Shown here: in pieces, positions 16,420 to 26,600 of the stretch
Layout of the letters: every line of letters begins with the position of its first letter
How positions within the stretch are numbered: the first letter of the stretch is position 1
Program-made: the position numbers and the translations under genes
Assembly (NCBI GenBank): GCA_946410665.1
Contig: CAMKBC010000002.1
Span: forward strand, 11,926 to 75,925
Source: an uncultured Clostridia bacterium
GTDB taxonomy: Bacteria > Bacillota > Clostridia > TANB77 > CAG-508
Length of the DNA: 64,000 nucleotides
Direction: 5' to 3'
Notes under the pieces: model-generated
Database searches by the model: none
What the model saw: only the letters and a program-made list of their open reading frames with translations
What the model was told of the DNA's origin: nothing

Positions 16420-18666
16420 ATGAAAAGATTCGATAACAGTACTAATGATAAATTAGATTTTGAAGAGGTTTCAAAATCTACCGAAGATAGAAGTTTAATT
16501 AAAAGATTATTCTCATTGAAGAATATTATTATATATGTTGTCGCTTTTTTGATATCAATGATATCTATAAAAAGAGGCAATTTTATTGCGCCTTTTGGAA
16601 TAGCCGTTGTTGCTGCATCTATGAGCAATGGTATTCCAATTATTTTTGTGCTTTTAGCATCATTGATAGGAACAACAATTAAGTTTGGATGGGGCGAAAC
16701 ATTATCGCAAGCAATAATTCATGCAGTATTTTTTATAACTGTATTATTCATAAAACCAAAGCGTGATGAATATGACAAATTAAAAGTAGGAAAACAATTT
16801 ATATTTGCAATATTAGCGCAATTCATAATAATGGGCATTGCAAATGGCTTTTCATGGGAAAGCGTATATGCAACAGCTTGCACGGTTTTCTTAGGGTATG
16901 TTCTTTATTTGATATTTGCAAATGCAATAGTAGCAATCGATTCATTACTACAAAAACTGATCTGTACTAACGAAGAAATTGTTAGTATAGCAATACTATT
17001 TACAATTGCTTTCCAATCATTTGATTTTGTAACGTTTGGACCAGTACCATTAAGTATAGTATTTGATTTTGTTGTATTAGCTGTACTTGCATGGAAGAAT
17101 GGACTATATCCAGCATTTATTACATCACTGGTAGTATCTTTATTGATCTGCTGCTTAACACCGATGAGTGATGAATTAATAACAACATTGATGATATTAA
17201 GTCCAATCATAATCTTAATTGGATTAATCAGATCATTTAGATTTAAGGGTGAAGAAGTGTTGAAAGTAACACCTCTATTACCAGAAAGAACAGGTGTTAT
17301 CGAAGAATATGATTCTGGATTTGCACCAGTAAATATTAGTGTTGAAACAGATAAAGAAGATCCTGCAGAACTAGAAAAGAAGAAAGAAAAGTTCAAGAAA
17401 TCTTTAAGTAAAGAAGTAGATACAATTCAAGATAATCTTCTATATTCATACGTAAAAGTAGGTGATGAGAAGTTAATTGATGGGTTGTTTGCAAAATTAG
17501 TTGTAAACAAAAAACTTACAAAACCAGAAATGACAAGTATCTTCGAGAGCAATAATATTTATCTAATACATACAGGTGATGACGAAATTGATAAAGAAAA
17601 CGACAAACAACTTGAAGCAATGCTTAATGTTATTAATAAGTCATTTGAAAAAACAAACAAGAAGAAAGAAGAAAAAGTTGAAACAAAACCAGTAAAAACA
17701 AAAGACTTCACTGACCAAGAATTTAAGTTGATTGAAAACTTGAGCTTTACTGGAGTAGTTGTAAAAAAAGCAGAGATTAATCAACTTAGAAGCGGACGCA
17801 AAGTTATAAGAGTTGTTTTCAATAAATGTGGAGATGCAAACGGAACATATTGCCCAATAAAAGGTATTGCACAAGAATTGTTCAAGATGTTTAATGAAAC
17901 ATTTGCCCTACAAGTTCAAAAGTGTGGAATTAGAGAAGACAGACCTGATTGTGAATTAATATTTATATCAAAAGATAAACACAATTTTGACATCTCATAT
18001 AATTCTCAAAAAATATATGGATCCACAATTAGTAGTGAAACTGTGGAAACAATAAGACTAGATAACGGAAATTATGTAATAACTGCTAGCGGCAGAGATA
18101 CTGCAGGTGCAAAAGCTCAAAAGATGAGCAAGCGTACAATTAAATTGTTCGAAGACATAATTAGTAAGCAAGCTCAAAATAATTTGTTATATGATGATTA
18201 TGATTCGGAAAAGCAAAACATATTCTTAAAGAAAACAATTAGCGAATTTGAAAAATATGCACTTGGTGATGACGAGATAAATAATAATTTGGATTCATTA
18301 ATACTTAATATGTATGACTGCTCAGGAAGATTTATTAAGTTTAACGCGACGCCAACATATTTAAAAAGAGGTAGAAAAGTTTCAATTATAAAACCTGAAA
18401 ATGCAATATCTGACTTAAGTACAGACAATACAAAATTTATTGATATTAAATTTAAACCGGGTGATTTAATTGTAATGCCTAATATTGGAGTACTTGAATC
18501 AAACCTTGAATATGTTGATATTACTTACTGGGTTCAAGAATTATTAGAAAACTTAAACTCAGATATTCCAGAGAGTGTAGCTAATATTATCATGAAAGAA
18601 TCAATTGAAAACACACAAGGAATTGTTGATAGTAATTTAAGGGTAATTGTAATAAGAATCAACTAA
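16420..18666 (+). CDS. SpoIIE-like polytopic membrane protein (748 aa) with a C-terminal PP2C-like domain whose catalytic motifs appear degenerate
   Basis: About 8-10 N-terminal TM segments resemble SpoIIE. The C-terminal RFIKFNATPTYLKRGRKVSIIK, KPGDLIVMPNIGVLESN and NLRVIVIRIN parallel the SpoIIE FLKIGS.PSFIKRG, GDLLIMMSDGV and DDMTVVVAKI blocks, but Asp is replaced by Asn/Pro in the SDG block. Confidence 0.55.
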   Translation: MKRFDNSTNDKLDFEEVSKSTEDRSLIKRLFSLKNIIIYVVAFLISMISIKRGNFIAPFGIAVVAASMSNGIPIIFVLLASLIGTTIKFGWGETLSQAIIHAVFFITVLFIKPKRDEYDKLKVGKQFIFAILAQFIIMGIANGFSWESVYATACTVFLGYVLYLIFANAIVAIDSLLQKLICTNEEIVSIAILFTIAFQSFDFVTFGPVPLSIVFDFVVLAVLAWKNGLYPAFITSLVVSLLICCLTPMSDELITTLMILSPIIILIGLIRSFRFKGEEVLKVTPLLPERTGVIEEYDSGFAPVNISVETDKEDPAELEKKKEKFKKSLSKEVDTIQDNLLYSYVKVGDEKLIDGLFAKLVVNKKLTKPEMTSIFESNNIYLIHTGDDEIDKENDKQLEAMLNVINKSFEKTNKKKEEKVETKPVKTKDFTDQEFKLIENLSFTGVVVKKAEINQLRSGRKVIRVVFNKCGDANGTYCPIKGIAQELFKMFNETFALQVQKCGIREDRPDCELIFISKDKHNFDISYNSQKIYGSTISSETVETIRLDNGNYVITASGRDTAGAKAQKMSKRTIKLFEDIISKQAQNNLLYDDYDSEKQNIFLKKTISEFEKYALGDDEINNNLDSLILNMYDCSGRFIKFNATPTYLKRGRKVSIIKPENAISDLSTDNTKFIDIKFKPGDLIVMPNIGVLESNLEYVDITYWVQELLENLNSDIPESVANIIMKESIENTQGIVDSNLRVIVIRIN

Positions 18667-18745
18667 TAATTTAATTAAAATAATCAATAATTACATATAT
18701 GTTTTTATTATTAAATAGCACGTTTTTCTATTGAAAAATAAAGCC

Positions 18746-18820
18746 AAAACTGATATATTTAATGTGAATTTTTGTAACAACAGAAAGGAGCATAATATAT
18801 CAGTTTTTTGTTGATATATT
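18746..18820 (+). promoter_or_regulatory. Perfect 14-bp inverted repeat (aaaactgatatatt ... aatatatcagtttt) followed by a T-run and a third direct copy of tgatatatt
   Basis: The arms lie at 18746-18759 and 18794-18807 with a 34-nt loop containing aaaggag. tttttt follows, and tgatatatt recurs at 18812-18820. Confidence 0.35.
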
Positions 18821-18830
18821 AAGGTTTTTA

Positions 18831-20357
18831 ATGAGTAGAGGAAAAAGATATAATTACGAAGGACAACAACTAAATATTAAAAAAGTAGCAGCATTAGTTT
18901 TAGCACTAGCCATCATAATTACTATTTTGGTTACAATTATTAAAGGGATTGTTTCAAACAGTCAAAACAAGGTAGATGAAAAAGCAGTAACTAATGGATA
19001 TTTTACTGTTTTTACAGGAAATAAATGGGGTGTAATAAACTCTAAAGGAAACAAAGTCATTGATCCGATTTACGATTCAATGGTAATTGTTCCTGATTAT
19101 ACAAAGCCTTTATTCTTTGTTCAAACAAATGTTGATCAAGAAAAAGAAACATTTGAAGCAAAGGCAATTAATGAAAAGAGCGAACAACAATTCACAGAAT
19201 ATTCAAAAGTTGAATTGTTTCAAAACAAAAATGCAGATGGATCAATTTATTTCGATTCATCAGCAATTAAGGTAATGAAAGACGGAAAATATGGAATGAT
19301 TAATTTCGAAGGAAAAGTCTTATTACCTTGCGAATATGAAGATGTAAGACCTGTTAGCAGAATCAAAAACAGTTTCATCACAGTAAAAGATGGAAAGTTG
19401 GGATTGGTTGATCAAAGTGGAAACACAATAGTAGAAAACAAGTATAAAGAAATTTCTGCTTTAACAAACAAATACGAAGATGGATACATTTTAAAAGATG
19501 ATTCTGAAAAGTATGGTGTTGTGAACTATAGCAAAAAGATGATTTTGGAATGCAAATACAATGAAATTAAGCACGTAACAGGTTCAGGATACTATGTAGT
19601 AAAAGACAATGATGGATTAGCAATCATTGATGCAAATGGAAAAGTTACAACACGTGATTTTGATGCAGTACAATCAATAAATAGTGGAAATGCAATTATT
19701 GAAAAAGGCGGAAAGCTTGGGGTCATCACTGTTAACGGAGATAAAAAAGTTGATGCAAAATATAATGCAATGACTTATTTATTTGAAGGAAATTATTCAG
19801 CAACACTTGATGGAAAAACAAGTATTATAGATGCAAATGATAAAACAAAATTAAGTGGATACAAATCAGTTACATACTTCAGTGATGAAGGTTTTATCAA
19901 AGCAGAAAAAGAAGATGGAACAGCAGATTTAATTGGAACAGATTTTGAAGTTAAAGTTAATGGACTTGTTTCTGAAATCAACACAAAGAAGAGTTATATT
20001 AAAGTTAGAAAAGATGATACATACAAATACTACAACTTTAAGTTAGAAGAAAAAACAATTCAAGAAGTACTTCCAGCAAACACACTATTCTTAAAGAAAG
20101 AAAATGGAAAGTATGGATACGTTAATAAAAACGGCAAAGTAGCAGTTGAAATTCAATTTGAAGATGCAAAAGAACAAAACGATTTCGGATATTCAGCTGT
20201 AAAGAAAAATGGCAAATGGGGTGTAATTGATTCAACAGGAAAGATGGTTGTTGATTTCAAATACACATTAGAAAACAACACAGTAATTGATTTTATTGGA
20301 AACTATCACTTAGCACCTGACTTAAATGCATACTATTACACAGATGTTGAAGAATAA
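18831..20357 (+). CDS. WG-repeat (KWG) protein with an N-terminal membrane anchor (508 aa)
   Basis: More than 8 repeats of the form (K/N)G(K/N)(W/Y/L)G(V/Y/L)(I/V)(N/D)..G..V(I/V)...(Y/F). occur, for example TGNKWGVINSKGNKVIDPIYD and KNGKWGVIDSTGKMVVDFKY. Confidence 0.75.
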   Translation: MSRGKRYNYEGQQLNIKKVAALVLALAIIITILVTIIKGIVSNSQNKVDEKAVTNGYFTVFTGNKWGVINSKGNKVIDPIYDSMVIVPDYTKPLFFVQTNVDQEKETFEAKAINEKSEQQFTEYSKVELFQNKNADGSIYFDSSAIKVMKDGKYGMINFEGKVLLPCEYEDVRPVSRIKNSFITVKDGKLGLVDQSGNTIVENKYKEISALTNKYEDGYILKDDSEKYGVVNYSKKMILECKYNEIKHVTGSGYYVVKDNDGLAIIDANGKVTTRDFDAVQSINSGNAIIEKGGKLGVITVNGDKKVDAKYNAMTYLFEGNYSATLDGKTSIIDANDKTKLSGYKSVTYFSDEGFIKAEKEDGTADLIGTDFEVKVNGLVSEINTKKSYIKVRKDDTYKYYNFKLEEKTIQEVLPANTLFLKKENGKYGYVNKNGKVAVEIQFEDAKEQNDFGYSAVKKNGKWGVIDSTGKMVVDFKYTLENNTVIDFIGNYHLAPDLNAYYYTDVEE

Positions 20358-20400
20358 ACATCAAGCACAAAAGATTTGAAAACACACGGAGGAAAACTAT

Positions 20401-21168
20401 ATGGAAAAGAGAATTTATCCATATTTAATTAAATCAAAAAGTATGGCGGGTTATTACGAATTACTTTTTGATGAAGGGTTTGAATTAAAAATTTTTGATA
20501 AAAAGAAAGATAAAAAATTATATGATTTCTTTTTACCAACCGTAAACAATTACATGTTTTGGACTTTTAATTTAACAGATATAAAAGGGTTCAATCAAAT
20601 GCAAAATGATTTAAAAGCACCTGTTTGTAGCGATTATGATTGCAATATATTTGTTAAAGGTGAAGACGAAGTTATATGTTTTAGAACCGGTGTATGTCTT
20701 GCGTTAACTGAAGATCCACATGTTTTAGAAAAATTAAAAACATATGAGGCGCGTCAAGACATGGCAGACATCAATATTAGAGACACAGATTCATATCCGA
20801 TTTTAGATAATGATATTGATAAATACATGTATATCATTCAATTGCATAAAATGATTTATTTAAATAAATTATTACATTACATGAAGAAAGAAAGCATGTT
20901 AGACAAAGCAAGAAATTCATTCGTTGAATTCACAACAAAGTTTTACGATGTAAAAATTACTGATGACAAAGAAGCAGAGAATAAACTAAAAAGATGGGCT
21001 GATGATTTTGAAATCGAAGATAAATATTTAAAAGCAGATAATCAATTTGATTTAATTTACAAAAACAGCAGAATCAACGATTATAAAGCAAAGCAAAATC
21101 TTTTAATTGGAGCAAGTGTAGTACTTCTTATTGTTTCAATTGTTTTATTAGCACTTCATATAAACTAA
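20401..21168 (+). CDS. Hypothetical protein (255 aa) with a C-terminal TM tail anchor
   Basis: A good RBS ggaggaaaactat precedes the start. No recognisable motifs. The C-terminus LLIGASVVLLIVSIVLLALHIN is hydrophobic. Confidence 0.55.
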   Translation: MEKRIYPYLIKSKSMAGYYELLFDEGFELKIFDKKKDKKLYDFFLPTVNNYMFWTFNLTDIKGFNQMQNDLKAPVCSDYDCNIFVKGEDEVICFRTGVCLALTEDPHVLEKLKTYEARQDMADINIRDTDSYPILDNDIDKYMYIIQLHKMIYLNKLLHYMKKESMLDKARNSFVEFTTKFYDVKITDDKEAENKLKRWADDFEIEDKYLKADNQFDLIYKNSRINDYKAKQNLLIGASVVLLIVSIVLLALHIN

Positions 21169-21190
21169 ATCAAAAAATGAAAGGTGAACA

Positions 21191-21592
21191 ATGAGAGTTT
21201 TTACAGGTACCGACATCATTGAAGTTAATAGAATTCAAAAAGCAATGCAAGATGAAAACTTTAGAAAAAGAGTTTTTACAAATGCTGAGATTGAATATTG
21301 CGAAAAATTTGGTGACAGAAAGTATGAACACTATGCTGCAAGATTTGCTGGTAAAGAGGCAATATTCAAAGCAATTTCACCTGAATTAACAAAAAAATAT
21401 GATATAGGTTGGAAGAACATTGAGATTCAAAGATCAGAAGACGGAAGACCTGTTGTTTCAATAATAGCTGATGCTGAAGGAAAGCTAACAGCTATTGTAG
21501 AAAAAATAAAAGAAGAAAATATGGTTATAGATGTAAGTCTATCACATCTTGAATCATACGCTATAGCTACAGCAACTGTAGTAGTAAAGTAG
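21191..21592 (+). CDS. acpS: Holo-[acyl-carrier-protein] synthase (4'-phosphopantetheinyl transferase)
   Basis: GTDIIEVNRI...RVFTNAEIEYC...AARFAGKEAIFKA is the canonical AcpS signature. The protein is 133 aa. Confidence 0.9.
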   Translation: MRVFTGTDIIEVNRIQKAMQDENFRKRVFTNAEIEYCEKFGDRKYEHYAARFAGKEAIFKAISPELTKKYDIGWKNIEIQRSEDGRPVVSIIADAEGKLTAIVEKIKEENMVIDVSLSHLESYAIATATVVVK

Positions 21593-21600
21593 GAGCAAAG

Positions 21601-22365
21601 ATGGAATATTTTGATGCACATGCACATTATGATGATGAACAATTTGATGAAGACAGAGACGAACTGATTAAAGCAATGCACGATTTTGGAGTTACCAGAA
21701 TTGTATGTAATGGATATAGTTTAAAAGGATCATTTGATGCATATGAATTAACAAAAAAATATGATTTTATTTATTCAACTGCTGGAATTTCACCTAATGA
21801 TTTAGATGAAAAATGGGAGGAGAACATTAATAAAATTGAAGAGTTACTAGACAAGCCTAAGGTTTTAGCTGTAGGCGAAATAGGACTCGATTATCATTAT
21901 GATACAGATAAAGAAATACAAAAGCAGGCTTTTATAAAACAAATTGAGCTTGCAAACAAGTATAATTTACCGATTACAATTCACACAAGAGATGCAGTAA
22001 TGGATACAATTCAAATACTAAAGGATCATCCCGTAAATCAAAAAGGAGTGTTCCACTGCTGTCCATTTAATCGCGAGCTAGTAAAAGAAGCACTAAAACT
22101 AGGGTTTTACATATCATTTTCTGGAGTTTGCACATTTAAGAACTCAAATGCGGAAGAAATCGCAAAAATGGTTCCAAATGACAAATTTACTATTGAGACT
22201 GATAGTCCTTACCTTTCTCCAGTGCCTAATAGAGGCAAGAGAAACGACTCTCGAAACCTACAATACATAGTAGACAAGCTTTCTGAGTTTAAGGGTCTTT
22301 CAAAAGAAGAAATCGCAAGGCTTTCATACAACAACACTATAAATCTTTACAAAATTGACATTTAA
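21601..22365 (+). CDS. tatD: TatD-family metal-dependent hydrolase/DNase
   Basis: Motifs present are HAHYDD, AVGEIGLDYHY, ITIHTRDA and IETDSPYLSPVPNRGKRN. Confidence 0.9.
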   Translation: MEYFDAHAHYDDEQFDEDRDELIKAMHDFGVTRIVCNGYSLKGSFDAYELTKKYDFIYSTAGISPNDLDEKWEENINKIEELLDKPKVLAVGEIGLDYHYDTDKEIQKQAFIKQIELANKYNLPITIHTRDAVMDTIQILKDHPVNQKGVFHCCPFNRELVKEALKLGFYISFSGVCTFKNSNAEEIAKMVPNDKFTIETDSPYLSPVPNRGKRNDSRNLQYIVDKLSEFKGLSKEEIARLSYNNTINLYKIDI

Positions 22366-22428
22366 TTGTAATAATGCTATAATATTTTTGTTACGCTTAA
22401 AGCATGAGAATGCTTGCAAGGAGGTTTT

Positions 22429-23442
22429 ATGAGGATACACGTAGCTGAAGCCGCTAAGCCTAGAGCAAGTTTTTCCTTTAAGAAAGTGTTAGCCATTACA
22501 ATAATATTCATGATGATGATGGGTATGATGGGTGTTTTAGCATCAAATGATCAAGTAAAGAGCGTTAAAATCACATTATCTAGTGGATACGAAATGAAAG
22601 TAATGACTACATCAACAAGGGTTTCAAAAATACTTAAGGAAAACAATGTTACTATATTAGATGGTGAAACAGTTACTCCTGATTTAAATTCTGACATCGA
22701 CGACAAAAATCGTCAAATCACTATTACTAAAGAAAAAAATGAGGAGAAACAAGAAACTAAACCTGAGGATTATTTCTCAGAGGAAGATATTCTTAAGAGT
22801 TACTCTCAAATAGTTGAAAAAATTGTTAAAGTTGAAGAAGAAATTCCATTTGAAACAATCACAAAAGATGTTTCAGGCGGATCATCTACAACTACAGACA
22901 GAGTCGTTACTGCAGGAGTTAATGGACTAAAAGAAGTAACATATAAAATTAAATATCAAAACGGTACTGAAATAGAGAAAACAGTTTTATCAGAAACAAT
23001 TATAAGAGAAAAAGTTGATAAAGTTGTTGAAGTTAGAACAATGATAACTTCAAGAGGATCTGTTGTTAGAACAGGTGCAGGAACTTGGTCTTATAGTGAA
23101 GAAGATATGAACTTATTATATGCAATAACAAGACAAGAAGCTGGTTCAAGTTATGAAGCTTCATTAGCAGTTATTACATGTGCTTGCAATAGAGCAGAGA
23201 GTGCTAGATGGAGAAGAAATGGATCAGACCCATTAAGCCAATATTGTGCAAAGAACCAATTCTGTTATTCAATAGACAGACACTGGGTTAAATACTTAGG
23301 TGGAAATGTTCCAGAACACGTAAAGAGAGCAGTTAAAGATGCTTTAAACGGAAAACGTAACCACAACTACTTATCATTCAGAGGTTATTACACAAATGGC
23401 TCAGTAAACATCGGCGGAAACTATTATTTCAGCCCAATGTAA
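22429..23442 (+). CDS. Cell-wall hydrolase: membrane anchor, DUF348-like, G5, and a C-terminal SleB-type (Hydrolase_2) domain
   Basis: The ATG at 22429 has RBS aggagg. The TTG at 22414 used by the ORF track lacks an RBS. The G5-like segment is VTAGVNGLKEVTYKIKYQNGTEIEKTV. The SleB-like segment is LLYAITRQEAGSSYEASLAVITCACNRAES...NQFCYS. Confidence 0.75.
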   Translation: MRIHVAEAAKPRASFSFKKVLAITIIFMMMMGMMGVLASNDQVKSVKITLSSGYEMKVMTTSTRVSKILKENNVTILDGETVTPDLNSDIDDKNRQITITKEKNEEKQETKPEDYFSEEDILKSYSQIVEKIVKVEEEIPFETITKDVSGGSSTTTDRVVTAGVNGLKEVTYKIKYQNGTEIEKTVLSETIIREKVDKVVEVRTMITSRGSVVRTGAGTWSYSEEDMNLLYAITRQEAGSSYEASLAVITCACNRAESARWRRNGSDPLSQYCAKNQFCYSIDRHWVKYLGGNVPEHVKRAVKDALNGKRNHNYLSFRGYYTNGSVNIGGNYYFSPM

Positions 23443-23468
23443 ATCAGAAGTAAATAAGAATTATCAAG

Positions 23469-23499
23469 GGAAATTACGTAAGTAATTTCTCTTTTTTTA
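23469..23499 (+). terminator. Rho-independent terminator
   Basis: The stem gaaattac/gtaatttc has loop gtaa and is followed by tcttttttta. Confidence 0.65.
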
Positions 23500-23591
23500 T
23501 GTACTAAAACAAATAGATGTAATGAGCGCAAACACTACGAAAATAAGGCGTAGAGCATTGTTTTTGTTGATAAAAAACAAAAAGGTTAATA

Positions 23592-23683
23592 ACTGTAACA
23601 TAAAAATTCTCAAAAAAGCCCTAATATATCTATATATTAGAAGCATCAAAAATATTAAGAAATATTTTCAAAGGAGAAGTTTT
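23592..23683 (+). promoter_or_regulatory. Conserved promoter/leader block, copy A, shared with 35353..35430
   Basis: tgtaacaNaaaaNttctcaaaaaa ... (c/g)tatatta(g/t)a(a/g)gcatc.aaa..tattttcaaaggagaa is conserved upstream of both giant genes. Confidence 0.5.
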
Positions 23684-26600
23684 ATGAAAGTAAATCTAAG
23701 AAAGTCGACAAAAACAATTTTAAAAGTTGCAAGTCTTATGATTGTATTGATAACAACAATAGTTGCTATCTGCTTAAACAACACAACTTTTAAAAGCTCT
23801 TTAACAGAAGAGCAACTATTCGAGAACAGAGTAGCAAAGAATTACAACGAGTTAACAAACGATGATAAGGAGACTAATGTACCTAATGTTAAATTTGGTG
23901 CTTATTTTTTACGTGACATGGAAGGCAACAATGTAGCACATATGCTTGATGGAACATGTAAGAGAATAGGCAGTTCAGATGATTTGTATTTTGACATTCA
24001 AGTAAGCGGCGATTCATATATCGACAACGCGAAAATCAGAATTACAAACGCAAACTTTAAAGCGGAATTCAATTATTTGAAAGATGACTACCTAAAATAC
24101 AATTACCAAGGTGTTTATAGTTTAATTGAATTCAATAAAATTGACGGTGGTTCAGAAGAGCAAATCTATGGAAACATACAGTTTACTCCTTTAAGTAATT
24201 ACAATGACTATTCAAAGACAGCAGTTGTTACTTTTACTGCTGACTATCATGATATTTATACAGGAGAAACAGCTCAAGTTGAAAAACAAGTACCAATAAC
24301 TGTTGATTGGTATGGAGATTTAAATACAGTAGTGTTTTCACAAAATAGAGCATATAGTCCTGATGACATTGAGGGTAATACTGTAAATACTTTATTTGAG
24401 ATTAAAGAATATGTAGATGAAACTAAAAAAGATGAAACTTTACTTTTGAAAGATAGAACAATAGAAATTAAAATTCCTAATTTAAGACAATGGGAACCGG
24501 TAACTGCTAGATTAAGTGACGGAAATGCAACATATGATCCTGAAACAAAAACACTTACTTTAACTAAAGAATCTAGATTTGATGAGAGTGGAAATTTAAT
24601 AAGTTCGATAGCTAACAAAACATCATACACAGTGTATATAACTTATCCAGAAGAAGCATATCAATATACAACACTAGTTGGGGCTGATGATATATTTAAT
24701 GGAAAAGAGCAACTTAGCCTAAAAACAACAGTTACAACTCATGCATATAATAATCCTGGGGTAGAATTCGAGAATATTGTTACTTCGGAAAACATTGTAT
24801 ATCCAACAATTAAATTTACTCCACCTTCTGCACCACCAGCACCATTAGGAACAACAGTTGTTGTAACTTATGAACATGAGGATAGTGAAATTTCAATACA
24901 GAGAGTATTAGAAAACTACGACAAGGTAAAAGAAGAAGGTTTTGATGCAGGAACACTAAGTTCATATTTTGATACACATATAACAGTTCAAAGAGGAGCA
25001 ATTAGAGACTTTGGACTTTTGAAAATTGATGAGGAATACGTTAAATTTGGACAAAATGATGTAAGTAAATATCTAAAAGACACAAGCATAAGTTACTATG
25101 GAATCAGCGAGATATTAGAGGACGACGGAAAGATTTTAGTATACAATGCAGAGACTGATGAATTAATAAAAGAAATCGGTATGGATGTCATAAGAAAAAA
25201 TTCATCAATAACTGTTCCTGAAAATGTAGCAAGAGTTAGAATTGAATTGACAAACTTCAAAAAATGTGAAGGAACAACAATTAGAGGAAACCGCATATAT
25301 GCAGGAAATCTAGCTGATATATATGTACATAAAGCATTAGACATTAATGCTATAATTAATGATTTTGAATATTCTACACTAAAGAGTTTATCTAACTATT
25401 ATTCAAAGATAGCAGATAAACTATATCAAAAAGATTCAGGTACATTGGAATATACAACTTCAGCAAGTGATTCTTCGAAATTAAAATATAATAAAACTGA
25501 AGCTATGATAAGAGCATATCCAGCAGCTTTTGGAAATAATGGAGAAATTGATGAAGATGCTGAACAACCAGGAGAAGATATAACTCTTACAGTATCTTCA
25601 AAACATGAACAAGACAGAGCTTATTGGGGTAAAGGTGAATTTGTAGTAGAGTTGCCAGATGAATTCAATTACTTTAATTTAAATAGTGTTGAATCAAGTA
25701 CATGTACAATTAATGGATATGAATACTTTGAAGAAAATGGAAAGAAATTAATAAGAGTTTTTGCAGAAACAAACTATAACATCATAATTACAATTAAAGG
25801 ACGTGTAGTAATAGATCCATTAGCTTCAAACGGAAATAAAGCAATAAGACTTTATTACAAGAACGAAAGTTGCGCAGATTACTATAATGGAAAAGTAAGT
25901 GATAAATATGATGTTGATTTAAATGAGGATACAACAGAAGGAATTGGTTATGCATCAACATATGTAACAGTAACGTCACCTGCAACATTTATTGTTAAGC
26001 AAATGGTAACAAATTTCGATGAAAAAGAATCATTTGTTACAGCACCTAATGTTGCTGAAGTAGACAAAGAAACAAATCATGCAACAATTCAAATTGGTGT
26101 AAAGAATAATAATGCAAGTCCAGTTATAGATTGTTATTTAGTAGGAAAGATTCCATACGAAGGAAACACAAAAGTAAAAACCACAACAGATTTGAAATCA
26201 AAATTCACAGCACATATGACATCAGAAGGTATTATTGTTCCAGAAAACTTAAGAAATGTAACAGTTTACTATTCAGAAAATGATTCGGTTAACTTTAACA
26301 TAGATGATGCATCGAATGGATGGAAGTTAAAAGAAGAAATTACTGATTGGAATAAAGTAAGATCTTTCTTAATCGATTTAAGTAATATAACAATTAGATC
26401 TGGAGACGCCAATCAGGTATTTAAATACAATGTTACAGTTCCAAATGGATTATCATATAATGATGCTTCATACTCTACAGTAGCATCTAAATACAACTTA
26501 CAAACAAATTCAGGAATACTTTATAATAGGGGAACAGAATCACAAAAGACAGGTATAAGAATTGTTAGAAAATACAATCTTGATACAACTTTATACAAAG

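Noticed and set aside
22414-22428. TTG start of the cell-wall hydrolase gene
   Set aside because: The AGGAGG RBS lies inside this extension and is positioned for the ATG at 22429.
23522-23683. A 54-codon N-terminal extension of the 3842-aa gene in the ORF track
   Set aside because: It has no RBS and a basic, non-signal-like sequence, and it overlaps the conserved promoter/leader block. The ATG at 23684 has a perfect aaggag RBS and is followed by a signal anchor.
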